Shown here piece by piece: positions 17,858 to 26,256 of a stretch of 64,000 nt of DNA. This DNA comes from a virus: the IMG/VR virus record IMGVR_UViG_3300037193_001894, positions 17,352 through 81,351 of that record. The stretch is one strand, 5' to 3'. The notes under the pieces were generated by a model. The model saw only the letters and a program-made list of their open reading frames with translations. It searched no databases and was not told the DNA's origin. The stretch's first letter is position 1. Each line of letters begins with the position of its first letter. The position numbers and the translations under genes are program-made.

Positions 17858-18160
17858 TCAGAGCAGCCCCTTCGCGTTCGCGATCCGGGTGACCTCGGTC
17901 TTCTGGGTCGGGTAGGCCGTGAAGGGCTTCAAGTGCCGGTTCGCCTCCAGGGTCTTCTCCCAGCCCGCGAGGGCCTCCCACTCCACGAGGTGGATCCGGT
18001 AGGCGGCACCCCGGACGTTCTTGACCTTCTCGACCCGGGCGACGGTGACGGTTGCCATCTGTCCCCCGAACGGGTCGAAGGTGCGGCGCTGGAGCCGATC
18101 GCCGGGCTCCAGGTCCCGGGGGATCACCCGGGTCGTGTACTCGAATGTCTCGTCCGTCAT
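17858..18160 (-). CDS. Hypothetical protein
   Basis: ATG 18160 with GGGAG RBS; GC3 bias. Confidence 0.7.
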   Translation of the reverse strand: MTDETFEYTTRVIPRDLEPGDRLQRRTFDPFGGQMATVTVARVEKVKNVRGAAYRIHLVEWEALAGWEKTLEANRHLKPFTAYPTQKTEVTRIANAKGLL

Positions 18161-18224
18161 GACTCTCCCTGGTGTCGTGCTGGCCCCTCTGGCGGGGGCA
18201 GGACCACTGCCGGTCCCTGGGACC

Positions 18225-18243
18225 ATCTTACCACATTCCTTGG
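18225..18243 (-). promoter_or_regulatory. Extended -10 promoter with CCAAGGAAT box
   Basis: Minus strand CCAAGGAATGTGG-TAAGAT. Confidence 0.5.
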
Positions 18244-18437
18244 AGTGGCCTTTTCTCACAGGATTCCGGGGGTGGGGGCCATTAGGCCTAGTAAGGCTTG
18301 ACAGGCTTATTAGGCTCTACCAAGTCGGACAGGCTCTCCTGGCCAGAGCGGTTCTAAAGACAGATACCCCGGTCTATTAGAGCCCGAAGGGCTCTAACAA
18401 GGTGCCCTCCCTCGTGCCGCTCCGTGAGGTTGCAGCA

Positions 18438-18866
18438 TCAACCGTTCGGACGGAGCATCCCGGAGCCCTGGGCCATGGCCTGGGAGACCATCTCGCTACG
18501 CTGCTGCCGCATCTGCTCGGCCATCTGGAGGACCAGCGAGGTGATCTCGTCCTCCTCCACGTGCATCGGGGCCATGGCCATCAGCGGGACCTTCGAGGCG
18601 GCACCGAGGAAGCCCGAGTCCATGGCCAGGTAGATCGCCATCATCGGCTGGGGCTGGCCCTGCTGGTCTGGGACAACCACCATCGAGACCGCGAAGCAGA
18701 GGTCCTCGGCCACCTCGTCGCAGGCGTTGCGGACCATCACCGCCGTCGAGGACACCAGGTCCTTCTTGGGGATGTTGAACCGGAGCGGCGGCAGCGGCCG
18801 GTCGTTCAGGACCGCCTCCTGGGCGTCCAGGAACGCCTCCTGGATCTCGGGGTTCTCGTCGCTCAT
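18438..18866 (-). CDS. Hypothetical protein
   Basis: ATGA overlap with SNF2 helicase stop. Confidence 0.75.
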   Translation of the reverse strand: MSDENPEIQEAFLDAQEAVLNDRPLPPLRFNIPKKDLVSSTAVMVRNACDEVAEDLCFAVSMVVVPDQQGQPQPMMAIYLAMDSGFLGAASKVPLMAMAPMHVEEDEITSLVLQMAEQMRQQRSEMVSQAMAQGSGMLRPNG

Positions 18867-20479
18867 GCGCGGGCTCTCTTTCTGGGGTTCCGGGCGATCT
18901 GGAGCATCTGGCGACGCTCCGCTGCGGTGATGAAGTCCTCCCCGGAGTCGGTGTCGTCGAGGAGGGTGTCCTGCTGGGCGTTGCGCTCGATCATCGCGTT
19001 GGCGACGGTCTCCTCCACCGTCTGGTGGACGAAGAAGGTCATGCAGGTCGTGGACTCGGCCTCGGAGTCGATCCGGTGGGTGCGGTTGATCCGCTGGGTG
19101 CGGTTGGCGAAGGTCAGCGCCGACTCGTACTCGACAACGTAGGTGGCCTGGGGTAGGTTCACGCCTCTCGCCCCGGCGTCTGAGGAGAGCAGCACGGCCG
19201 GGTTCGGGCTCGACTTGAACTTGGCCCGCTCGATGGAGGTCTCCTCCAACGACATCCCGCCCCAGGTCAGGTAGACCTCGAACTTCTTCTTCCTCAGCGC
19301 CCTCGCCAGCAGGGGCAGCACGGACGGACCGAAGAAGGAGAACACGACGGCCTTGGCACCCTGCCCATGAACGACCGGCTCCAGGTAGTCGATCAGGCCC
19401 TGCTCCTTCACGGCGCTGACGGACCTGAAATAATCTTCCCCGAGTTCCTCGACGAGCATCCGGGCCAACCGGCTGCTGCCGTGCTTCGCGGAGTGGATGA
19501 TGCTCTCGGGATGGTTGGCCACCATCCGCTTGATCGTGTGCAGGCCGGGCACCGGCTCGGCCCCGGGCTCCTGGAGGTCGCAGACCATCTCGTAGAGGTC
19601 GCGCTGGTCGTCGGCCATGGTGAACCAGCGGCTCTCCTCGACCTGCTTGGGGAACTCCGCCATCACCTCGGGGTCGGACTTGCGCACCCGCAGGATCATC
19701 GGCTTGGCGATCTCGGCGAACCTCGGCATCCGGTCCTTGTAGTAGTGCGGACGGCCGTACGGGTCGCGGCTGCGGACGAACCACTCGAACTCCTTGACCA
19801 GCGGCATCGACTTGGGGTCGGCCAGCCGGAGTTGGCTGTAGGCGTCCTCGTAGTCGCGCTCGATGGGCGTGGCGGTCATCTCCAGCACCCGGGTGACCTC
19901 ACCCTTGCGCATCGCCCCCAGGGAGCGGAACCAGGACTTGTAGTTGTCGGACTCGCGGTTCTTGACCTTGGTGGACTCGTCGTAGACCACGAGCACCCGC
20001 TTGCCCTTGAACATCTCCATCAGCGGCCCGTCGGCCAGCGACTTGCCCCGCTTGCCGGGCACCCGGACGACCTTGGACAGGTCGGCCTTCCCGGTCTCGT
20101 AGGTGGTGATCAGCACCTGCGGCAGCCCGTTCTTCTCCAGGCGCTTCATCCGGCCGGTGCCGTGGTGCACCGCCGCGCTCAGCCGGGTGAACTTGGCGAA
20201 GTCCGAGGGCCACTCGTCGGCGGTGATCTTGCCCTTCTCGGCCACCAGCAGCACGTGGTCGATCTTGTCGTCCTCGAACATGAACGCGGACAGCGCCATG
20301 GCCAAGTGGGACTTGCCGGTGCCGGTGTCCCACACGGCCATGACGCCGCCGCCCTGCTCCAACTTGAGGTAGGCCCGGGCGATCCCGTCCTCCTGGAAGC
20401 CGTACAGCCCCCGGGGAGAGTGGTAGAGCGCGCCGTCGGGCCACCCCGGCTCCGGGGCCTCCACGGGCTCGGCGCTCAC
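18863..20479 (-). CDS. SNF2-family (SF2) helicase/ATPase
   Basis: LYGFQ, DTGTGKS, TTYET, YDES, MTATP, VVFS, GVNL, QRINRTHRI. Confidence 0.9.
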   Translation of the reverse strand: MSAEPVEAPEPGWPDGALYHSPRGLYGFQEDGIARAYLKLEQGGGVMAVWDTGTGKSHLAMALSAFMFEDDKIDHVLLVAEKGKITADEWPSDFAKFTRLSAAVHHGTGRMKRLEKNGLPQVLITTYETGKADLSKVVRVPGKRGKSLADGPLMEMFKGKRVLVVYDESTKVKNRESDNYKSWFRSLGAMRKGEVTRVLEMTATPIERDYEDAYSQLRLADPKSMPLVKEFEWFVRSRDPYGRPHYYKDRMPRFAEIAKPMILRVRKSDPEVMAEFPKQVEESRWFTMADDQRDLYEMVCDLQEPGAEPVPGLHTIKRMVANHPESIIHSAKHGSSRLARMLVEELGEDYFRSVSAVKEQGLIDYLEPVVHGQGAKAVVFSFFGPSVLPLLARALRKKKFEVYLTWGGMSLEETSIERAKFKSSPNPAVLLSSDAGARGVNLPQATYVVEYESALTFANRTQRINRTHRIDSEAESTTCMTFFVHQTVEETVANAMIERNAQQDTLLDDTDSGEDFITAAERRQMLQIARNPRKRARA

Positions 20480-20793
20480 TCGACCGGTACGGGTCGGCTC
20501 AGCAGGTCCCACCAGACCTGGGAGCCGTCCTCGTCGAGGCGCTCCTCCAGCGGGATGCAGTGCACCATCTCGTCGCCGTCGTAGAGCACGACGATGAGGT
20601 CAGGGTCCTGGAGCGGGCACATCGGAGGGAAGTGCCCGACGAAGGAGACCCGACCGTCGCGGATGAAGCGGGACGCGGGAACGCGGACCCCGTTGTACTC
20701 CATCGACCAGGGCTGGCGGGAGTGCAGGGCGCGCTCGACCAGTCGCCAGCGCATGAGCGCCTGAGCGATCTGGATCTCCAGCGAGCGGTCCAC
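20476..20793 (-). CDS. Hypothetical protein
   Basis: GTG 20793 with GGAGG RBS; putative promoter TGGACT-18-TAACCT upstream. Confidence 0.7.
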   Translation of the reverse strand: MDRSLEIQIAQALMRWRLVERALHSRQPWSMEYNGVRVPASRFIRDGRVSFVGHFPPMCPLQDPDLIVVLYDGDEMVHCIPLEERLDEDGSQVWWDLLSRPVPVE

Positions 20794-20874
20794 GGTGTCC
20801 TCCACAGGATTTCTTGCTAGTGGCAAGGTTACCCATGGACCCTTGCTTTAGTCCATGCTGTTGCGCTATGGGTC

Positions 20875-21408
20875 TCAGGCCCCTATCCCGACCTCCTGGA
20901 CGACCTCGGCGTACCCCTCGCCCTTGTAGACCAGCACCCGGGCTGGCTCCATCCGGACTCCCCAGCCTCGCTCGCCCACGATGATCTCGGTGAACTCCGG
21001 GGGCTCCAGCCCCACCTGCTGGGCGACCTCGGCATAGGAGGTCCGATCCTGGTAGGTCGAGTCGTAGCCGACCAACTCCTCCACCAGGGCGTACCCCTCG
21101 CGGGTGGAGACCGCCGTCTGGGAGACCTCCTGCGCCACCTCGGCGTACGACGTGCGGTCCTGGTAGAACGAGTCGTAGCCGATCAGTTCGGCGACCGAGG
21201 AGTACCCCTCCCGGGTGGAGGTGGCCACCAGCGCGACCTGCTGGGCCACCTCAGCGTACGAGGTCCGATCGTGGTAGATCGAGTCGTAGCCGATCAACTC
21301 AGCGACGGAGGCGTAGCCCTCCTGCTGAGGGGTGCCAGGGATCGGCTCGGAGGCCCCGGCGTCCTCGCCGTAGACCCCTTCGCCGTAGACGCCCTCGCCG
21401 TAGGCCAT
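20875..21408 (-). CDS. Minor tail protein with three 37-aa tandem repeats
   Basis: EGYxxVxELxGYDSxYxDRTSYAEVAQxV three times; N-terminal YGEGVYGEGVYG. Confidence 0.75.
   Translation of the reverse strand: MAYGEGVYGEGVYGEDAGASEPIPGTPQQEGYASVAELIGYDSIYHDRTSYAEVAQQVALVATSTREGYSSVAELIGYDSFYQDRTSYAEVAQEVSQTAVSTREGYALVEELVGYDSTYQDRTSYAEVAQQVGLEPPEFTEIIVGERGWGVRMEPARVLVYKGEGYAEVVQEVGIGA
21010..21330. repeat. Three ~111-bp imperfect tandem repeats inside the coding sequence
   Basis: GAGTCGTAGCCGA recurs at about 21059, 21170 and 21281. Confidence 0.8.
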
Positions 21409-23192
21409 CAGGACACGCGGAAGGCGTCTAGTGCGACACGGGCCTGTCCCGTCCCCAGGAACCTCCCGAACCCGACGTACGCCGGGGTGAAGGTGATGGC
21501 CAGAGACACCTCGGTCCGGAGGGTCGGCGCGAGCCGGTGCCCCTGCCACACGGATGCGTAGTAGGTGTTCCCGCCCTTGCGGATCGAGGCCCACGTCGGG
21601 ACCCCGAGATGCCAGTTGTTGTTGGCGCTGTTGATGATGGCCGTGGTGGTCCCGTTGACCCAGGCGGTGATCTGTCGGATACGTGCAGTGGCTTCGGCGG
21701 ACGGCCCCGAGTCGAGGCTGATGCCGATCCCGTTCCCCGCCGAGTCCACGATGTACGGACCCCAGAACTGCCGGTCGGCGGTCCCGCCGTGCTCCGCCAG
21801 GGTGGTCACCCGGAAGTCACCTGCCGGGACGGGCTGGTGGATACCCTGCTCCACCGCCTGGCCGGTCGGGATGTCGAACAGCACGCACCCCGGAGCGAGG
21901 GTCTTGTCCAGGACCACCCACGATGCGGTCCCGAGGTTCTTCTTCGTCCACTTCGCGTTCAGGCCGCTGATCGGACCCGACATACCAGAGGCGTCGTTGA
22001 ACTCGTCGTCCTTCGCGTTCGCCGTCACCAACTGGGCTCGGTGGTCTGGCGTCCCGTCGCCCTGCGAAGAGGCGGCTCCGCCGATGACCTTCCCCCCGCC
22101 ACCGCTCGGGGAGATGGAGAACTCGATCAGACCGAGATCGAACCAGGTGTCGCTGGTCATCCCCATCAGCGTGATGTTGCCGTCCGTGGTCACCTGGATG
22201 CGAGCCTCGCCGAGGTCGTTCCGCCCCATCAAGCCGAACTGGGCAACGAGTGGGCGATGCCCAACAGGAAGCGTGGCGAAGTTGCTGGCGGTGGTGAAGG
22301 CCGTCGTGCCAGAGTTCCGCACCGCACCCCGGACCTGGGCCACGTCCCCCACCAGTCGGTACTGGGGGGCCTCGCCCCACCGATTGGAGTTCGACGCCCA
22401 GCCGGTGTTCAGCGGCAGCGGCTGCCAGTTGGTGACGGTGAGCGTCGCACCAGAGCCCGCGTTGGCGACCCCTCCGACTCCATACACGCACACCGTCGTC
22501 CCGGCCAGGAAGTTCCCGCTGGCGGGCTTCAACGTCAGCGAGGTCAGCGCAGCAGTGCTCTCCCACATCAGCGAGGTCTTGCCGTTCCAACTGACCCCGG
22601 AGGTCACCGTGGACCAGTCACTCTGGAGCACCTTGTGGTGGGTCGTCGAGCGGTAGTTCGGGATGACGATGCGCCCCGCACCGAAGTACCCTGCGGCCTG
22701 AGTCGATCCCGGGAGGAACCCCAGACTCTGGTCGTCTCCAACCGACACGTCATGGGCCGAGGAACTGGCGTAGTGGTGCTTGCGGCGGTAGTTGGCTGCC
22801 GTCGCGTCGCCGTTCACGACCCCCTGCAACTCCACCGATGCCGCCGCTGCCGTCCCCCGGGCAACGAAGTCCACCACGAGGCTGTCGTACTCGGCAGCGA
22901 GGTCGGTCGAAGTCAGGTCAATCGTCGCCGCATCTGCGGAGAGGGTGACCTTCTTCAAGAGGGTCATCCCTGCTCCCCCCGACGCGGATGGGACGGTCAG
23001 CCAGTTCCCCCAGGCCGCACCGTCCCACCGCTCGATCGCACCGTGGTCCGAGCAGGGGTAGAGAGTGCCCGCCACCAGAGGGGCTGACGGGCGCGAGGCG
23101 TGGTTGCCTGGGGGCAGCAGCAGGGACTCGATGGCAGCGTTGACCTGAGCGCCCCACACGTCGCTGGGGCCGGGGGTAGGCAGGCTAGGCAT
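21408..23192 (-). CDS. Tail fibre / receptor-binding protein (mosaic)
   Basis: G/S/T/A-rich beta modules, LPVGHRP fibre motif, lectin-like C-terminus (DDEF..W), weaker GC3 than flanks. Confidence 0.7.
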   Translation of the reverse strand: MPSLPTPGPSDVWGAQVNAAIESLLLPPGNHASRPSAPLVAGTLYPCSDHGAIERWDGAAWGNWLTVPSASGGAGMTLLKKVTLSADAATIDLTSTDLAAEYDSLVVDFVARGTAAAASVELQGVVNGDATAANYRRKHHYASSSAHDVSVGDDQSLGFLPGSTQAAGYFGAGRIVIPNYRSTTHHKVLQSDWSTVTSGVSWNGKTSLMWESTAALTSLTLKPASGNFLAGTTVCVYGVGGVANAGSGATLTVTNWQPLPLNTGWASNSNRWGEAPQYRLVGDVAQVRGAVRNSGTTAFTTASNFATLPVGHRPLVAQFGLMGRNDLGEARIQVTTDGNITLMGMTSDTWFDLGLIEFSISPSGGGGKVIGGAASSQGDGTPDHRAQLVTANAKDDEFNDASGMSGPISGLNAKWTKKNLGTASWVVLDKTLAPGCVLFDIPTGQAVEQGIHQPVPAGDFRVTTLAEHGGTADRQFWGPYIVDSAGNGIGISLDSGPSAEATARIRQITAWVNGTTTAIINSANNNWHLGVPTWASIRKGGNTYYASVWQGHRLAPTLRTEVSLAITFTPAYVGFGRFLGTGQARVALDAFRVS

Positions 23193-23198
23193 CGCTCA

Positions 23199-24059
23199 TC
23201 ACGTCCAGGTCGCGGCGCTCGTGACCAACCGCTGTCGAGAGAGGGCCAACTGGGCGTTGACCGGCGTGGTGCGTCGCAGGGTCAGCACCGGGGAGATCGC
23301 CTGCGCCGCCAGGTTCGCCACCGACACTCCGGGGCTGGCGGCTGCAACGAAGGTGGTGCCGTCCGCCGACAGCGTGTGCTGTCCGACCTGGGAGGGGCTC
23401 ACCTCGGTCAGGGCCTGCATGAAGACCTTGATCCCGGACGCGGCCAGGCTGGGGCTGTCGTTCTTGACCCGGAAAGTCTTGTCCCCGGTCGAGTTCTGCT
23501 GGACGTTGCCCCAGTCGAAGTGCGTGGGGTGGTTGTCCAGCGGCTCGTCCAGGGTCGGGTGCCACAGCCGCATCCGGTGCAGGGCCTGGCCGGTGGTGGC
23601 CTTGCCGTAAAGGTGGATCGAGGTGGCCCGTGCGTCTCCGGTGTTCGCCTTGAGCCGGATCATCTGGTAGTTGGCCGCTCCGGCTCCGGCCAGGTCGTAG
23701 ATGTCGGAGCGGTACCGGGTAGCCACCTGGTTGATAGTGGTCGGGATCGCGGCGTCGATCAGGGTCCAGGTGCCGTCGATCAGGGTGGTGGAGTCGTTCG
23801 ACCCCTCCATCCGCCAGGTGACCCCAGCGCCCCACGCCGAGTCGATGTAGATGTGGCTGATGTCCATCCGGTAGGGGAAGACGAAGCCGATGTAAACGGA
23901 GTCGTAGCCGTCCACGTTCGCGGCGGACTCGTCGTTGAAGTACGTCTTGGAGGCGCTGATCTCCGTCACCACGTTCGAGCCGTTGATGAAGTAGACCCGG
24001 CTCCCGTCTCGGTCGTACTCGATCTTGGGTGCGGGCAGGTCCGCGTGTGATCCGGCCAT
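23199..24059 (-). CDS. Minor tail protein (paralog of 24301-25167)
   Basis: Shared YDRDG, HLYGK, WHPTL..PL...H.DWGN, RVKN.S motifs. Confidence 0.75.
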   Translation of the reverse strand: MAGSHADLPAPKIEYDRDGSRVYFINGSNVVTEISASKTYFNDESAANVDGYDSVYIGFVFPYRMDISHIYIDSAWGAGVTWRMEGSNDSTTLIDGTWTLIDAAIPTTINQVATRYRSDIYDLAGAGAANYQMIRLKANTGDARATSIHLYGKATTGQALHRMRLWHPTLDEPLDNHPTHFDWGNVQQNSTGDKTFRVKNDSPSLAASGIKVFMQALTEVSPSQVGQHTLSADGTTFVAAASPGVSVANLAAQAISPVLTLRRTTPVNAQLALSRQRLVTSAATWT

Positions 24060-24304
24060 CAGGTCACATCTCCTTCATAGGACTGGGCCGTTGCGTCGGC
24101 CTGATTCAGGATCACGATCCGGTTGATCGTCGGCACAATCGGTGTGCCCCACCCCTTCTGGGGCACGAGTACGTCCAGCGTGGGGGGTATCTCGAACCCG
24201 ACGTTGAGGACCGCCTCGAAGGTCGCATCGGGGCTGGAGGCAAGGAACGACGACGGGTCGAACCCGACGTTCTCGTATGCCTCCACGGTGGCGTCCTGAC
24301 TCAT
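24059..24304 (-). CDS. Small tail-associated protein
   Basis: Coupled on both sides; repeated EAxxNVGF and a GWG motif also seen in the 20875 gene. Confidence 0.7.
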   Translation of the reverse strand: MSQDATVEAYENVGFDPSSFLASSPDATFEAVLNVGFEIPPTLDVLVPQKGWGTPIVPTINRIVILNQADATAQSYEGDVT

Positions 24305-25167
24305 GAGACCCAGCCTCCCGCCGTGGCGTAGATGCGCTGGGTCCAGAGGCTCAAGACTGCCGTGGCCAGCAGGCTCTGCTGGATGGTGACCAGCCCGCTG
24401 ATCTCCCCAGGGGCGAGGGACGGGATGACGGCAGCGGCCCCCAGGGGGCCTCCCTCGTAGGCGAACTGGTGCTGGCTGACGAAGGTGGGGTTGGCGTCGG
24501 TCAGGGCCTCCATCCCGACCGTGATGTTGGTCGCCGTGACCAGGTTCGAGACGTTCTTGACTCGGACCTGGCGGGACTCCGAGGTGCCCCGAGGCCGGTT
24601 CCCCCAGTCCAGGTGCGCGGGCGAGTCGCTCAGCGGCTGGTTCAGCGTCGGGTGCCAGAACTCCAGCCGATCGGAGTCCTCAGACCTCTTGCCGTACAGA
24701 TGCAGCGTGGCGATCTGCGAGGAGGAGAGTTGCGCGGAGTGGCTCATCAGGACCCGCATGGTCTTGACGTTCACCAGGGGCTGCGGAACTGCGGCGACGA
24801 GCGTCCGGTATCCGGGGATGGCCGTCCCCCGGTGGGAGATCGAGCCTCGCCCAGTCCAGGTCCCGTCGTAGCCGTTGGTGGTGTCCTCGGAGGTCTCCAC
24901 GGTGCTGATGAACCGGTACTGCCCACCGAAGGCCCCGGCATCCGCGAAGTAGTGGGTGATGGTGACCCGCTTCGGGAAGAAGAACATCACCCAGTTATTG
25001 CCGCTCCGGTTCACCACGTCGCCGCTGTTCTCGTTGTTCATCACCTTCAACTCGGCAGCGGTCACCGGGACCACGGTCTGGGTGCCGCTGGGCATGGTGT
25101 AGGCCACCGTGCCGTCCCGGTCGTAGGCGATCCGGGGGCCGGGGACATCGGGGTAGTTACCGGCGAT
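24301..25167 (-). CDS. Minor tail protein with apparent ATC start codon
   Basis: Similarity to the paralog extends to (I)AGNYPDVPGPRIAYDRDG; AAGGAGG 9 nt upstream of ATC 25167; in-frame stop just before. Confidence 0.7.
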   Translation of the reverse strand: MAGNYPDVPGPRIAYDRDGTVAYTMPSGTQTVVPVTAAELKVMNNENSGDVVNRSGNNWVMFFFPKRVTITHYFADAGAFGGQYRFISTVETSEDTTNGYDGTWTGRGSISHRGTAIPGYRTLVAAVPQPLVNVKTMRVLMSHSAQLSSSQIATLHLYGKRSEDSDRLEFWHPTLNQPLSDSPAHLDWGNRPRGTSESRQVRVKNVSNLVTATNITVGMEALTDANPTFVSQHQFAYEGGPLGAAAVIPSLAPGEISGLVTIQQSLLATAVLSLWTQRIYATAGGWVS

Positions 25168-25618
25168 CTGAACCAGCCTCCTTCAGCAGGAACCAGGCCT
25201 CCAGGCCTGCCTCGTGGTCCGGGGCGTCCACCTTCCGGCCCCGATTGAGTGCAGGGCGACAGCCGGGTGGACGCAGGGCAACTGCGGAGCGACCCTTGAC
25301 CTGCTCCTCCGTGAAGAGGTAGGTCGAGCCTCCGGCGATCACTGCGAGGATGTCGAACCCGCCCTCGCACGGCGTGCGATCCTCCTGGTCACGAGTCGAT
25401 CGCCGGGTCACCCTCACGTCGGCGTCCCAGCGGTCTCGGCCCGTGTTGTAGCAGGCCAACTTCACCTGCACGCGCTTCAGCACGCCATCGGTATCGGTGA
25501 TGAGGTCGTAGCCCTGAGCGTGCCCCCAGGGCACAGAGATTCCGACGCCCTTCTCCGCAGCAGCGGCGGCGAAGCGCATCTCGGCTGCGGTCCCCGCACC
25601 GCACGGTGTCCATCCCAT
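25157..25618 (-). CDS. Free-standing PD-(D/E)XK endonuclease (PDDEXK_5 / I-Ssp6803I-like homing endonuclease)
   Basis: GTAAE...VPWG....YDLI......KRVQVK motif; atypical codon usage. Confidence 0.8.
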   Translation of the reverse strand: MGWTPCGAGTAAEMRFAAAAAEKGVGISVPWGHAQGYDLITDTDGVLKRVQVKLACYNTGRDRWDADVRVTRRSTRDQEDRTPCEGGFDILAVIAGGSTYLFTEEQVKGRSAVALRPPGCRPALNRGRKVDAPDHEAGLEAWFLLKEAGSDRR

Positions 25619-26247
25619 CAGACCCTCCTCACGCGGACCTGGACCACCAGGTCGGATCCTGCTGCGTCGGTGCCCACCTGGTCGATGTCGATGGTCAGGT
25701 AGTCCTCGACCTCCAGCACAGGGTCATTCGGGGTCGCCGTGCTGGTGTTGCCTCCGGCCGGGATGGTCGGCTGCGACGCCTGGCTGGTGAAGATCGTGTT
25801 GCCGTTCTTGTTCACGTCCACGATCAGCGGCTGCCCGGCCGGTGGCGTGCCCACCGAGACCCGGATCACCTCGATGACCGACGCCTCCTCGATGTAGAAG
25901 CGCAGGTTCCCGACCTGCGGGCTGGCCATCCCAGCCAGGGTGAACGAGAACGTCTCCTTGTCGAAGTCGGTGTTGCCGACCGAGACGTTCTCGAAGTAGA
26001 TCTCCTGGGTGGAGCCCGACGGGGTGACGCCGATCCGCACGATCTGGGGCTGGTCGAGGTAGAAGTCGATCACCCCGTCCTCGATCGTGAACGGGTTCGG
26101 CAGGGGCGTCCCGCCGACGGACTCGGAGTAGATCGCCTCCATGATCAGGTCGGTGGTGCCGGGGTCCAGCAGGCGCACGATGCTGTTGGTCATCAGGTTG
26201 CCTGCGTCGTCCTGGACCGGCCGGTGGAAGTGCTCTCGGGTGGGCAT
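25618..26247 (-). CDS. Minor tail protein
   Basis: Acidic beta-rich; DVNKNG..IF and LTIDIDQVG...GSDL virion-protein motif. Confidence 0.7.
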   Translation of the reverse strand: MPTREHFHRPVQDDAGNLMTNSIVRLLDPGTTDLIMEAIYSESVGGTPLPNPFTIEDGVIDFYLDQPQIVRIGVTPSGSTQEIYFENVSVGNTDFDKETFSFTLAGMASPQVGNLRFYIEEASVIEVIRVSVGTPPAGQPLIVDVNKNGNTIFTSQASQPTIPAGGNTSTATPNDPVLEVEDYLTIDIDQVGTDAAGSDLVVQVRVRRV

Positions 26248-26256
26248 GTCGATTCC

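Noticed and set aside
18298-18303. Perfect TTGACA on the plus strand
   Set aside because: No convincing -10 at 16-19 nt and no credible plus-strand gene downstream; an antisense promoter cannot be supported.
21010-21330. Tandem repeats as a CRISPR array or DGR template/variable pair
   Set aside because: In-frame coding repeats with largely synonymous variation, no unique spacers, and no reverse transcriptase in the window.
24150-24158. GAAGGGGTG copy inside the 24059 gene
   Set aside because: Encodes the KGW of a protein motif and lacks the upstream half of the motif; probably coincidental.
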